Part shown: positions 21,224-31,747 of the stretch, one piece after another
How positions within the stretch are numbered: position 1 is the first letter of the stretch
Layout of the letters: each line of letters begins with the position of its first letter
Virus record (IMG/VR): IMGVR_UViG_3300024301_000013
Span: 7,758 to 71,757 of that record
DNA from: a virus
Length of the DNA stretch: 64,000 nucleotides
Strand: one strand, 5' to 3'
The notes under the pieces: model-generated
Told to the model about the DNA's origin: nothing
Databases searched by the model: none
The model's input: the letters and a program-made list of their open reading frames with translations, nothing else
Translations under genes and position numbers: made by a program

Positions 21224-21697
21224 ATGAAAAGAATAATATTACCAGAAGCCTTTGCCACTTTCCACTTTGATGAAAGATATTTGGAAAGAGTTGTAGGTAA
21301 GAGATTACCTGAATCTTTATCTCAAGCCATTGTTAACAGGGTTGATATGTTAAAAGCACTTATTTTACCTAAAGGCGACTTTATAATTAGTATATTTTAT
21401 TTCAGAAAAGATCAAAAACATTTAACTGTTATTGTAAGAAATTATGTTATGATAACAACATATTTCAAGGAAAAAGTTAAATCTGATGGATGTTTTAGTG
21501 TTTCTGATTTTATGAAATTTAAAAAAACATTACAATATCTTAGATTTTCACCTGAAGTTCCTAAAAAAGGTTCTTTTTATTATAAGTACGATGATTATAA
21601 TGCACCCTTTTGTATTTTAGTTAAAGACAGAAAGCTAGAAAAAGCTGTTAGTATAGAGGATGTTGATAATTACCCTGAATACAAACCTTTAAATTAA
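21224..21697 (+). CDS. Hypothetical protein (HFxER motif, possible RNase fold)
   Basis: ORF; TFHFDERYLER. Confidence 0.55.
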   Translation: MKRIILPEAFATFHFDERYLERVVGKRLPESLSQAIVNRVDMLKALILPKGDFIISIFYFRKDQKHLTVIVRNYVMITTYFKEKVKSDGCFSVSDFMKFKKTLQYLRFSPEVPKKGSFYYKYDDYNAPFCILVKDRKLEKAVSIEDVDNYPEYKPLN

Positions 21698-21705
21698 AAA
21701 AAAAT

Positions 21706-22920
21706 ATGCTTGCGTCTGAATTTAGTAGTAGCAGGAATGACATTATCTACAGTAAGAATATCTTTGAAGGAGAGGTTGTTGATTTGTTGGACGGCGAAGA
21801 GAATGGAATAATTAGGGTGAGAATACCCGAATTAGATAAAACTGTTGATGATAAAGACTTGCCACTGTGTTTCCCTTTATTTAATTTTTCTTTTTTTAGG
21901 TTGTTACCTAAAAAAGGGGAAAGGGTGACATTAATGTTCAGAAACATTTACAACACGGCTAATAGTAACAGTAAAGATATCAGGTATTGGATTAGTGTAA
22001 TACATTCAGATGTATCGAGGATTGATTTTGAAAAGTATTATTATGAGAGTAATAGACATTACCCAGATTCTCCTTTAGCAGCTTCAAGTAAGTTATCAGC
22101 TAAAGCTGAAAGTAAAGGTATCTTTGCTAAGAAAGATGAAATTTCTATTAACGGTAGAAATAATGTAAATATATTTTTAAAAAACAGACAGTTGTTATTA
22201 AGGGTTGGTGGACATCAAAATAACGAACCTTTAAAATTTAATAAAGTAAATCCCTCTTATGTTTTATTATCTTTTCCTGAACAGAAAGATAAGAAGTTAG
22301 GTCGTAAAACGGTAAACACAAAAACTTTTAAAGAGCCAACCCACGAATTCGCCGTCCAATTCACCACTGATCTAATAGCTATAATTACAGTTAGGGATAT
22401 TGCTAATAATAAGGTATTATCATCTACAAGAATCGTAAGATCAACTAAAGATGCTGTAGTCTTAGATATAAAAACTCAATTGTTATCTTTACAGTCAACG
22501 TTCCCTTTGTGGAGACTTACAGCTACAGATAGCTCCTTAGCCGCTCTCCCAAAAATATATCCTAGTACCCTATTGAATACGAGTATTCAAGAAACAGTAT
22601 TAGTGGAAAAGTCTTTGGATTTTTCAAGTTCTCTTACGGTAGCTGATAAAATATTTTTAGTTAGTCACTTAAACAATGAATTTTCTTTAAAAAAACAACC
22701 TGATTTGGTTACAGATGAAAATTTAGTTGAATTAAGTGAGAAAGCTCATCCAGTGCCTTATGGTGACAGGCTTGTCGAACTTTTGAGCTTGATGCGTGAT
22801 GTTTTATCTACACACGTTCATCCTGAACACGCTATGGAAGCAGTTAAAGAAGAAAAGCTACTGAAGCTATTAAATTTTGATTTACAGCGTCTTTTAAATA
22901 AAAATGTATTAACTGGGTAG
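21706..22920 (+). CDS. Baseplate central spike/hub protein (gp5/gpV-like OB fold)
   Basis: GEVVD..GIIRVRIPELD..LPKKGERV OB-fold start; C-terminal HVHP (HxH spike-tip motif). Confidence 0.7.
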   Translation: MLASEFSSSRNDIIYSKNIFEGEVVDLLDGEENGIIRVRIPELDKTVDDKDLPLCFPLFNFSFFRLLPKKGERVTLMFRNIYNTANSNSKDIRYWISVIHSDVSRIDFEKYYYESNRHYPDSPLAASSKLSAKAESKGIFAKKDEISINGRNNVNIFLKNRQLLLRVGGHQNNEPLKFNKVNPSYVLLSFPEQKDKKLGRKTVNTKTFKEPTHEFAVQFTTDLIAIITVRDIANNKVLSSTRIVRSTKDAVVLDIKTQLLSLQSTFPLWRLTATDSSLAALPKIYPSTLLNTSIQETVLVEKSLDFSSSLTVADKIFLVSHLNNEFSLKKQPDLVTDENLVELSEKAHPVPYGDRLVELLSLMRDVLSTHVHPEHAMEAVKEEKLLKLLNFDLQRLLNKNVLTG

Positions 22921-23400
22921 GTCTTTAGGTAAAGTCATTCTAGTGGGCCAATCTGGGTGATTTAGCTCTACTAGCATAATAACGTCTTTTCTACCTAATC
23001 TTTGATAAGGTTGGTACATTTCAACTTCGGTATTTGATTCGAGTATTTTTAATTCTTTATCTTTTGAACTTTCTTTGAATAAATTATAAGCGTCTTTTCT
23101 GCTTTTAATTAACCAACAATTTTTAGATTCAATAATAAAGAAATCTAAATTCTTTTTACAAATAGATCCTTTGTTCCCCTGTACGTTCTTGTACTCAATC
23201 CACATTTTATCGTAGGATACATTTGGATCTTTTCTTCTAATTTTCCTTGCCTTTTTTACATCAAATGTTAAATTTAGTGTTAAATCGACTCCATTTATAT
23301 TTTCATTAAAACTTGAAAATAAAAAACGTTGAAACAAGGCTTGAAACTTTTCTTCTACATCCCTACCCATTAGTAGGAAATCACCATAATCAAATGCCAT
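22909..23400 (-). CDS. Putative PD-(D/E)XK endonuclease
   Basis: E..F, GVD..TFDVK, WIEYKNVQGNKG; has its own TATATTTG promoter at 23432-23425. Confidence 0.55.
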   Translation of the reverse strand: MAFDYGDFLLMGRDVEEKFQALFQRFLFSSFNENINGVDLTLNLTFDVKKARKIRRKDPNVSYDKMWIEYKNVQGNKGSICKKNLDFFIIESKNCWLIKSRKDAYNLFKESSKDKELKILESNTEVEMYQPYQRLGRKDVIMLVELNHPDWPTRMTLPKDLPS

Positions 23401-23497
23401 ATATTAAAGATATAATTTAGAGTGCAAATATATGGAATATTTTCAAACGAACAAAAAAAATCATAATTTTTGATATTTATTTTAATATTTGTAAAAA

Positions 23498-25315
23498 ATG
23501 GAAAAGAAGATAAACTATTATAGCAGAGACTTTCGCTCAATTAGGTCAGAACTAGTAACATTTGTAAAGAATAATTACCCAGATTATTATGTAGATTTTA
23601 ATGATGCTAGCATAGGTATGATGCTAATAGAGTTAAATGCTGCCGTAGGTGATATGTTATCTTTTAATACAGATAGAGCTTATCAGGAGAATAATATAGA
23701 TTATGCCCAAGAAAGAAGGTCTCTTTATGCTATGGCTAGAACTCTGGGATTAAAGATACCATCCAGAGCTCCATCAGTAACAATTTGTGATATATCTGTA
23801 GATCTACCTGTAAGCGGAAACAGTTTTGATTTACAGTATTGTCCTTTGATTGTTAGGGGTGCTCAAATTTCAGGTGCTAACTTAATATTTGAAACTTTAA
23901 ACGATATTGATTTCGCATCACCTTTTTCTCAAACTGGTGTGCCAAACAGAACTGTTGTACCTAATATAGATAATACGGGTAATATAGTTTCATATACATT
24001 AACAAAAAGAGAGATTGTTAGTAACGGTGTTACTAAATTTTATAAGAAGGTAATTACTTCATCTGATACAACACCTTTCCTAGAAATTATCTTACCAGAT
24101 AATGATGTGTTATCTGTTGATAGGATTATCACTTTGGATGGAACAGATTACGCTAGACTTCCAACACTAGTTGAATGGGAGACTGAAGCTAATAAATGGT
24201 ATCAGGTAGATAGTTTAGCTGAAAAGCAAGTGTTTATGGAAATGCCTCAAACTTTATCGGACAATAGTGCTATTAAAGTAGGAGAATGGAAGACTGTGTA
24301 TAACAAATATATGACAGAATTCACTGATAAGGGTTATTGTATTGTTAGATTTGGTAATGGTAATCAAGATACTTCTTTCTTTTCAGATTATACTTCCGAC
24401 ACTGATTTGTTATTTAAGCAGTTGGACGGCGAAATAAATAATCTTAGTTTAGGGGCTATCCCTAGAACAAATACTACTATGTTTATTCAATATAGAACAG
24501 GTGGTGGTTTAAGAACTAATATTGGAGCAAATGTATTAAACACTGTTAACAACATTAATATTATAGTTAATGGACCTAATCAGACTAAAAATGCTTTAGT
24601 TAAAACATCTGTTTCTGTTAATAACCCGTTACCTGCTTTAGGTGGTAGGGATCAGCTTTCTATCGAAGAACTTAGAAACTTAATTAAATTTAATTTTTCG
24701 GCTCAAAATAGATGTATTACTTTGGAGGATTATTATAACAGAATCAATTTAATGTCAGGTAATTTCGGTGCTCCTTATAGAACTTCTGTTGCGAAGAGAG
24801 ATAACAAAATAGAAGTGGTTATTTGTGGGATTGATCAGAGTTCTAAATTGACAAATGAATCAACAACAACATTAAAACAAAACATAGCCGACTATCTATC
24901 AAAATATAAATCCTTGAATGATTATATATTGGTTAGAGATGGTAAAATAATCAATATCGGTTTGGAGTTTACTTTATATGTGACAAAACTATCAGATAAG
25001 GTAGAAATCCTAAGAAACGCCGTCCAACAAATAACATCCTACTTCTCAACCCAAAACTATTTTGGTAATAACATATATCTTTCAGATTTAATCGAGTCAT
25101 TAAATAATATAGCTAATGTATTAAATGTTACTCAAATTAAAATCTTCAATAAGGTAGGTGGTAATTATTCTTTGAATCAAACTACTATGCCTTTTGCTGA
25201 TTCAATAACAAAAGAAATTGATTTAAGTCAACACCAAACTTTGTTTGTTGAATACGATGAGATATATGAAATAAAGTTCCCAGATATGGATATTAAGATT
25301 AATTTTGCCTTTTAA
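23498..25315 (+). CDS. Baseplate wedge protein (T4 gp6/baseplate J-like)
   Basis: YYSRDFRSIR, DFNDASIGMMLIE, GDMLSF..D, FGNG, GGRD, AQNRCITLEDY. Confidence 0.88.
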   Translation: MEKKINYYSRDFRSIRSELVTFVKNNYPDYYVDFNDASIGMMLIELNAAVGDMLSFNTDRAYQENNIDYAQERRSLYAMARTLGLKIPSRAPSVTICDISVDLPVSGNSFDLQYCPLIVRGAQISGANLIFETLNDIDFASPFSQTGVPNRTVVPNIDNTGNIVSYTLTKREIVSNGVTKFYKKVITSSDTTPFLEIILPDNDVLSVDRIITLDGTDYARLPTLVEWETEANKWYQVDSLAEKQVFMEMPQTLSDNSAIKVGEWKTVYNKYMTEFTDKGYCIVRFGNGNQDTSFFSDYTSDTDLLFKQLDGEINNLSLGAIPRTNTTMFIQYRTGGGLRTNIGANVLNTVNNINIIVNGPNQTKNALVKTSVSVNNPLPALGGRDQLSIEELRNLIKFNFSAQNRCITLEDYYNRINLMSGNFGAPYRTSVAKRDNKIEVVICGIDQSSKLTNESTTTLKQNIADYLSKYKSLNDYILVRDGKIINIGLEFTLYVTKLSDKVEILRNAVQQITSYFSTQNYFGNNIYLSDLIESLNNIANVLNVTQIKIFNKVGGNYSLNQTTMPFADSITKEIDLSQHQTLFVEYDEIYEIKFPDMDIKINFAF

Positions 25316-25353
25316 CAATAAAAAAGATTTCCTTTTTCATATATTTAAGATAT

Positions 25354-27788
25354 ATGGATAAATCTATTAGAGTTAAGGCGGATCTTAATGCGAACAGTGC
25401 TAATTTAGTTGTAAATCTATCGCAAAATTTTGATTTCTTAGAAGTTCTGTCTTTGAGATTAAATTCAGATGAGGTGTATAGACTTCATAATTCTAACTAT
25501 GGAGTTCTTGTTGGTAGAGTCAGCACTAATGTGGCTTCGGTATTCCTAATGCAAAAATATCCGTCTTTATCCCTATAACAGATGAAGATGATTCAAATAT
25601 CTATCTTAAATCTTTTTATAATTTTAAAACCCCTTACGATAAAGGGGTGGACGGCGTTAGATACAATCTTCTACCAAAAGAAAAACAAAGTACTTGTCAC
25701 ACACCAGTAGGGACATTCCCCGACAAGATAGAAATTTTAGATAATGAAATATGGGTAGAAGTTTACGAAAAGTATTACAAGTATAACACTGTTACAAATA
25801 CTAGCGGGGATTATATGATTGTAGGAATCCCCGTTGGTTCTCAAAATATACACTTAGACGTTGATTTGAGTGATATAGGCTTTGTATCATTAAGACCTTA
25901 TGACCTTATAGCTCAAGGAACACCTCCCAGCTATTTTAACTCTTTCAATAAATTCAAACAAGGTAAAGATTTAGATGCTTTACCACAAATTCAAAGTGTT
26001 AACCAAGGTATTAATATTATACCTTTTTGGGGTGATAAAACAATCAATGAAATAGGTATCACTCAATTAAATTTTAATTTACCTTTAGACATAACACCAC
26101 ACGCTACTTTCTTTGGTGCTATTTTTACAGATGATGAAGGAAAAAGAATAAATAGGAGATGTAGGCCCAATCAAAGGGTTGGAGACAATTGTTCTTTGAA
26201 ACCTAGTAAAGGTAACATAGAAATGATCAGAAAGGTTTCAGATACAATTGATGGTATCGAATATTTCCCTATAAACAGTGAAATAGATGAAAACGGTAAT
26301 TTTACAACTCTTATCCCAATGAATTTGAAAAGAGTTGTAACTGATGAGTTAGGTAACATAGTTCTTAGTTCTGACCCTAATAAAGGATTACCGACTAGCT
26401 CAAAGGTTAGGTTTAGAATTAGCAGCGATAACTTTAATTATAAATTTTTTAAAGGAGTATCAAGAGCTGGTTCTTTTTTAGTTCCTAATTTATATAATCG
26501 TTTTCAATTCGGAGCAGAAACGCATGATGACGATTTCTTTGAGGTTTTTTGGAAAAAAATATATACTGTATCACAATATATACCTAATTATGCTAGAGGT
26601 AATTTTAATAACCTATCAATTAAAAATGTTGAACAGTGCGATTCTAATTACCCTTTCCCTTACAATAGGGTAGAATTAAGACAGTCGCCCCTATTTACTA
26701 TTCTTTCAGCTTTTGTGAGTATTTTTTCAGGTGTGGTTACTTTTCTTAATTTACTTATAGCTAATGATATTACTTTAGTTTGTAACGGTGAAGAATTAGA
26801 CCCTGAAACTTGGTCTGATTGTCAAAAGAATAATTTGGCAAATGCTTTAGGGTTAGTGAATTATTCTTTTTTCAATGATTGGGTATCTGGTTGTTTATAT
26901 GCACCTGCATTTGCTTATAAGGTTAAAAACACTAACGGCGATAAAAAATGGGAAAAGTATTGTGATTTTGATTGTGATGGTCAGAGTAGTGACAATCCTC
27001 TAAACAATAAAAACAAATGTAGAAATGCTGTTATATTAGAATCAACGTCTTTTAAAAATTCAGGTAAAATAGATGATTTAGATTTAGGTTTAATATTCAA
27101 ATACGATGAGTTTTTTTATTATGCTGCAAGACATGATATTGCAGCTAACTTGGAAGATTCAGTTGAACTAACTCCTTCTGAAAAGAGGAAGTTGCTGTTG
27201 GCAACAAATTTAATGGAATTAGGATCTATGGTTTCTTGTGATCTTGATAATGTACCTTACATAATAAAAGATTTTTCTCCTACGACATACGACGAAAATG
27301 ATGCTGGGGATTTGTTGTTTAATGTTGAAGGGGTTGGACCGCGAAATGTTAATAGGAATGCTCTTCAATTAAAAAGTCAAATTTCTACTGAAGAATATTC
27401 TAGTTTTAACAATTATGAGTTACAAGGTAACTTTAGTTCTTTCCCTGAATACGATAGTAACACAAACGGTAACACTGAACCTGTAGGTTACAATAGATTG
27501 AATATTGAATTAAGAAGGTATTTGTGTGAAAATTGGAAATACTTCGATAATATTTTAGAATATAATAATTACATAAACAACGACTTAGACTTGTCTTATT
27601 TTAGAGAATTCGATGATGAAACAGGTGATTTAGAAGATGTAGCTGAATTTAACTACGATGAATGTATTCCTTGCACACAGAATGAACAACACAAGAAAAT
27701 TCACCCTTATTATTTTTACTTTGGTTTAGTCAGAGGTAGTAATGCCTTAGATAACCTTTTAAAAAAATATTTTAACGACTGCGATTAA
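25354..27788 (+). pseudogene. Large virion protein split by a 1-nt frameshift at ~25531 (ORFs 25354-25578 and 25647-27788)
   Basis: ...GRVSTN continues as (G)GFGIPNAKISVFIP in the frame of the downstream ORF, which is open from 25533; may be a sequencing error. Confidence 0.7.
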
Positions 27789-29305
27789 TGGAAAATAAAA
27801 TATTATTACCTTCAAAAAGGTTTCTTTTAGCATCTGATGAGGATGTTTTCTTGGATGTTAATTTGGAACAGAACCATAAATTAATGCCTATAGATACGTT
27901 ACAAAAAACAGTATCTAGTTATGAAGTTTATTTGGATGAAAGAAGTAAATCATTTAACTATAGGGTTTACGGAAATATTTTTCTTGTAGGTACTAATATT
28001 TTGTGTGATTTTGATGGCATAAATGGTTATGAATCAGTCGTTGAAGCACAATATTATGATCCAGAAACAGAGTTATATAGATTTACTTTGGATCAAGTCT
28101 TAATCAATGATAACGGTTGGTATTTTTATAAGGATAATGTTTTACCTTGCAATAGAACTGAATTAGAACCAAAGAAGGAAAGATTTGATTTAATCAAGAA
28201 AGATGAATGGAGTCTATTTGTAACCTACGCTGCTGAAAAAAATGTGCAACCGTTATTATTTAATGGTATAGACATAAAAGATGGCATAGCTTTAATGGGT
28301 GCTGCTGATGCAGAGGTAGACGGTAAAGTTCTTTCTTTCTTTGCTTGCCCTTTAACTCATAACTTAGCTGCTGGTGATAGTGTGAACATTTATAACCAAA
28401 ATGGTTTTGTAAAGAAGTGTACTGTATATCAGGTTGGGACAGCAGATAACGGTTATAAAAAGAATGTGTTTTTTGTAGATGAAAAATTAGACTTCATCTC
28501 AAACGTTATGATTGACAAATATAGGTTTAAGAAAGTAGTCGGAGAGGTTGAATCAGAGTATTATTCAAGATGGTATAAAAAATTAACCTCCTTGGATGAC
28601 TACGATGCCTTCAGAACGTCTTTTTCTAAAAACATATACAATGACACCAATGTTTCTTTTGTTTACCCTGAAGGAGTGGATATAGAAGGACTGGTGGATA
28701 ATTTGAATAGACCTTTAACAGAATTATTTGTAACGGTAGTTAAAAACAAGTCAAGTGATTTCTGGGGTGAAACATTGAGTGCTATTAATGTTTCCATATC
28801 AGATATTAATTACGATTTTAATAAGGTATATCAAGGAGGTATTTTAAACCCTGTTGAAACATTAACCGCAACTCAAGATTTATTCTTTGGGGATATAGTT
28901 GAATACAATAAAATAGATATGTTAGAAGTGGAGCTTAATTTCGCCGTCCACCTCTTCAACACCCAAAACAGATTGGATAATACACTATACGAATCATATT
29001 ATTATAAACCACATTATAGATATCAAATAAAAGATTTATCTGAAATAATATTTAAAGAAGATGGTCTATTAACCCCACCAGATTACGCGGAAACAATTAA
29101 TCTTATTAAACAGTGGAGGGCAATTACAAATACTGATGGATACCCTTATTTGAATAAACATCATTATGTATATTGTAATTTTAATGTATTCATAAAAAGA
29201 CAAGATCCCTGTGATAGATACGATATTGGAAGTAATGCTTTGATTGCAGGTAAATGTATAGATTTAACACCTAGCAAGATAACTAATATTGAAAAGATAT
29301 GCTAA
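27788..29305 (+). CDS. Putative tail/baseplate structural protein
   Basis: Coupled ORF in structural operon. Confidence 0.65.
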   Translation: MENKILLPSKRFLLASDEDVFLDVNLEQNHKLMPIDTLQKTVSSYEVYLDERSKSFNYRVYGNIFLVGTNILCDFDGINGYESVVEAQYYDPETELYRFTLDQVLINDNGWYFYKDNVLPCNRTELEPKKERFDLIKKDEWSLFVTYAAEKNVQPLLFNGIDIKDGIALMGAADAEVDGKVLSFFACPLTHNLAAGDSVNIYNQNGFVKKCTVYQVGTADNGYKKNVFFVDEKLDFISNVMIDKYRFKKVVGEVESEYYSRWYKKLTSLDDYDAFRTSFSKNIYNDTNVSFVYPEGVDIEGLVDNLNRPLTELFVTVVKNKSSDFWGETLSAINVSISDINYDFNKVYQGGILNPVETLTATQDLFFGDIVEYNKIDMLEVELNFAVHLFNTQNRLDNTLYESYYYKPHYRYQIKDLSEIIFKEDGLLTPPDYAETINLIKQWRAITNTDGYPYLNKHHYVYCNFNVFIKRQDPCDRYDIGSNALIAGKCIDLTPSKITNIEKIC

Positions 29306-30027
29306 AATATAAAATAAAAAGATTAGACAGCGATTTCATCATTCCTTTAGATTTATCTTTTGATGTAGCAGATAAAGATGAAGCTGTATCGGAGTCTTTT
29401 ATTCAAGAGCAAGTAATAAAATCTTTACCTCCACAAGAAGATTATGAAATTACAAGATATTTCCCTTTAGGTGTAGATGAAATACAGATAGCTTTGTATA
29501 AAGAAGAAGGTGTGCCAATGACTTATGCTGATATGGGTTTCAGTGATGCCGATTTATTTTTCTTTTATAATAGATTAAGATATTCTTTTTTGAATGTTTT
29601 TTATTATGATTTTCCAGATAAATTACAACAAAGTCTAAAGTTTCAGAGTGATTTGTTTGTTCAGAGGGTTAATTTAGTTGATTCAAATGCTTTGTATAAA
29701 ACAGCTGATGATTGTGAAATTGTCTTCAAGATAAAAAACCCTAAAACAGCTTTAAATGAAACAGAAGGCTTTTTTATTTATTTGCCTAATAATCAATATA
29801 ACTCTCCCTTTTCCTTATATGTTACATTTAATTTTAATAATGCTTTAGATGGTATTTCCTATAAGTTTTACCCACATAAAAATTTAACAAACGCTAATGT
29901 TACAAATTTAGATGAATACGTAAAAGTTAACTTTGTTGATAAAAATTTTGTTTTTGATACAACAGACAATACATTAGTGTATGACACAAACATTTTGAAA
30001 ATAGATTTATATGCGCTTATTGTATAG
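29299..30027 (+). CDS. Putative structural protein
   Basis: Overlapping ORF in structural operon. Confidence 0.6.
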   Translation: MLKYKIKRLDSDFIIPLDLSFDVADKDEAVSESFIQEQVIKSLPPQEDYEITRYFPLGVDEIQIALYKEEGVPMTYADMGFSDADLFFFYNRLRYSFLNVFYYDFPDKLQQSLKFQSDLFVQRVNLVDSNALYKTADDCEIVFKIKNPKTALNETEGFFIYLPNNQYNSPFSLYVTFNFNNALDGISYKFYPHKNLTNANVTNLDEYVKVNFVDKNFVFDTTDNTLVYDTNILKIDLYALIV

Positions 30028-30835
30028 AAAAGTTAGCTTAGAATCCCTTTTAGATAGAAATGTTGGGGATATAACTCAAGATTTGGATTTAAAGGTGAAC
30101 CAAACAGAATGTAAACCTGCAACGGATTTACATATTGACGGTAAATATGTTAAAAACCCTAACTACGGTAGATTTAAAAGTAACTACGTATATTTCACTA
30201 TACCTTTGACTACGACACATATAGACATAGGTTTATATGATCAGCAACCTTTTATACAATCTGCTTCGACTTCTAGTGCGGATCCAGATCCGATAGTCAG
30301 AAAAAGCGGTGTTCCTTTAGAAAGCTACTTAACTACAAATAATTACATTTTATCGGGTCAAACGCTTTCTAGGTTAGATGAGTTAGAATATTACGGTGCT
30401 CCACAAGTAAATGTAAATTACTCCACTGATGAAAATAGTTACAGTGGTATATTACAAAAATCACCTGCTTTTATTAATTATGTAATAAATGCTGCTGATG
30501 GAACTCAATATGTTTTAGGTACTGGTGTAAAGTATTTTGAATCATTTGTTCAGCAAAGGGTAGTATATGATAAAAAAACAGATTCTTTCATAACTATAAA
30601 TTTAGTTAATTTTGAAGCTAAGGGTCAGGGATGGACTGAAAACAACACTTCTTTAGAAGAATTAGTTAAAGATGATAAGTTGATGGGTATTGCATCTATG
30701 ACTGAAATTCAAAACGACATAAATATAGATAGAGGGGGTTATGATGTTTTCCAAAATCATTACATATTAGGTGAGGTTAATACCTTAGATGATTTAGCAA
30801 CATACAGAAACAACTATTTTAAATTAACAGTATAA
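30011..30835 (+). CDS. Putative structural protein
   Basis: Overlapping ORF in structural operon. Confidence 0.6.
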   Translation: MRLLYRKVSLESLLDRNVGDITQDLDLKVNQTECKPATDLHIDGKYVKNPNYGRFKSNYVYFTIPLTTTHIDIGLYDQQPFIQSASTSSADPDPIVRKSGVPLESYLTTNNYILSGQTLSRLDELEYYGAPQVNVNYSTDENSYSGILQKSPAFINYVINAADGTQYVLGTGVKYFESFVQQRVVYDKKTDSFITINLVNFEAKGQGWTENNTSLEELVKDDKLMGIASMTEIQNDINIDRGGYDVFQNHYILGEVNTLDDLATYRNNYFKLTV

Positions 30836-31737
30836 TGGCAACAGGAACATTTGGAAGTATAAGACCAGCAGATATTAATATTGCAACTGACGTTGAAGCG
30901 TATTACACGTATATACCTGATAGGACTGTTGCACCTACGCTTGTGAATACTTTAAACCCCAATGAAATTTTGTTTAAGTTGGACCATCCAACACAAGCAA
31001 ATAGAATACTTGGAGGTCTTTATAATTTAAGACTTCCTACTACAACTTTTAATCAGTTAGGTATATACACTGTATATATTAGACCTAAAGAGATTAAACT
31101 AAGAATATTGGATTGTGGTGTTTTGGCTGCTAAACCTGATATTAAAGGTATAATAATTGATTTGAATACGGTCCCACCTGAAGATTTGTTTATGTTTGAA
31201 AACAACGGTTTAATTGGGCATCGTGTTGAATACATTAATACTTCTTTGAATATAGCAGAAAAGAAGGTGCAGAATTTATTTAGGATAGTAACTTCTTGTT
31301 TCAGAGTTGAACCTATTTCAGATAATTTGAATACGACTACTCAAAAGTCTATCAAGTATAGATTGAATGATGCTTCTACTTTACTATTTTGCACTGTTAC
31401 GCCGTCCACCTCATTCAACGTAAAGCCAAGTGCTTTCCCTTTTATTGGTGTACCGAATCAGGAAATTATTATTTCTAATACTTATTTTGACCCTATAGCT
31501 ATGGAGATTGAATTGGTGGAACACGATATTGATACGTTAGCTATCGGTATATTTGGAAACCAAGTTAAGAATATTCAAAATGGTACTAGAACATATTATA
31601 ACAATGATAATGAAATTTATAAGCAATATAACGAATATGTTATTAAAGATGACTTCGGTAACGAAAGTTTATATGAAGTTAAAGAAAACAGAACGGATAT
31701 TGACTTCACACAAGAATTTGATTTAATAACAGGTTAA
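30835..31737 (+). CDS. Putative structural protein
   Basis: TAATG-coupled ORF (MATGTFGSIRPAD). Confidence 0.65.
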   Translation: MATGTFGSIRPADINIATDVEAYYTYIPDRTVAPTLVNTLNPNEILFKLDHPTQANRILGGLYNLRLPTTTFNQLGIYTVYIRPKEIKLRILDCGVLAAKPDIKGIIIDLNTVPPEDLFMFENNGLIGHRVEYINTSLNIAEKKVQNLFRIVTSCFRVEPISDNLNTTTQKSIKYRLNDASTLLFCTVTPSTSFNVKPSAFPFIGVPNQEIIISNTYFDPIAMEIELVEHDIDTLAIGIFGNQVKNIQNGTRTYYNNDNEIYKQYNEYVIKDDFGNESLYEVKENRTDIDFTQEFDLITG

Positions 31738-31747
31738 GTGATATAAA

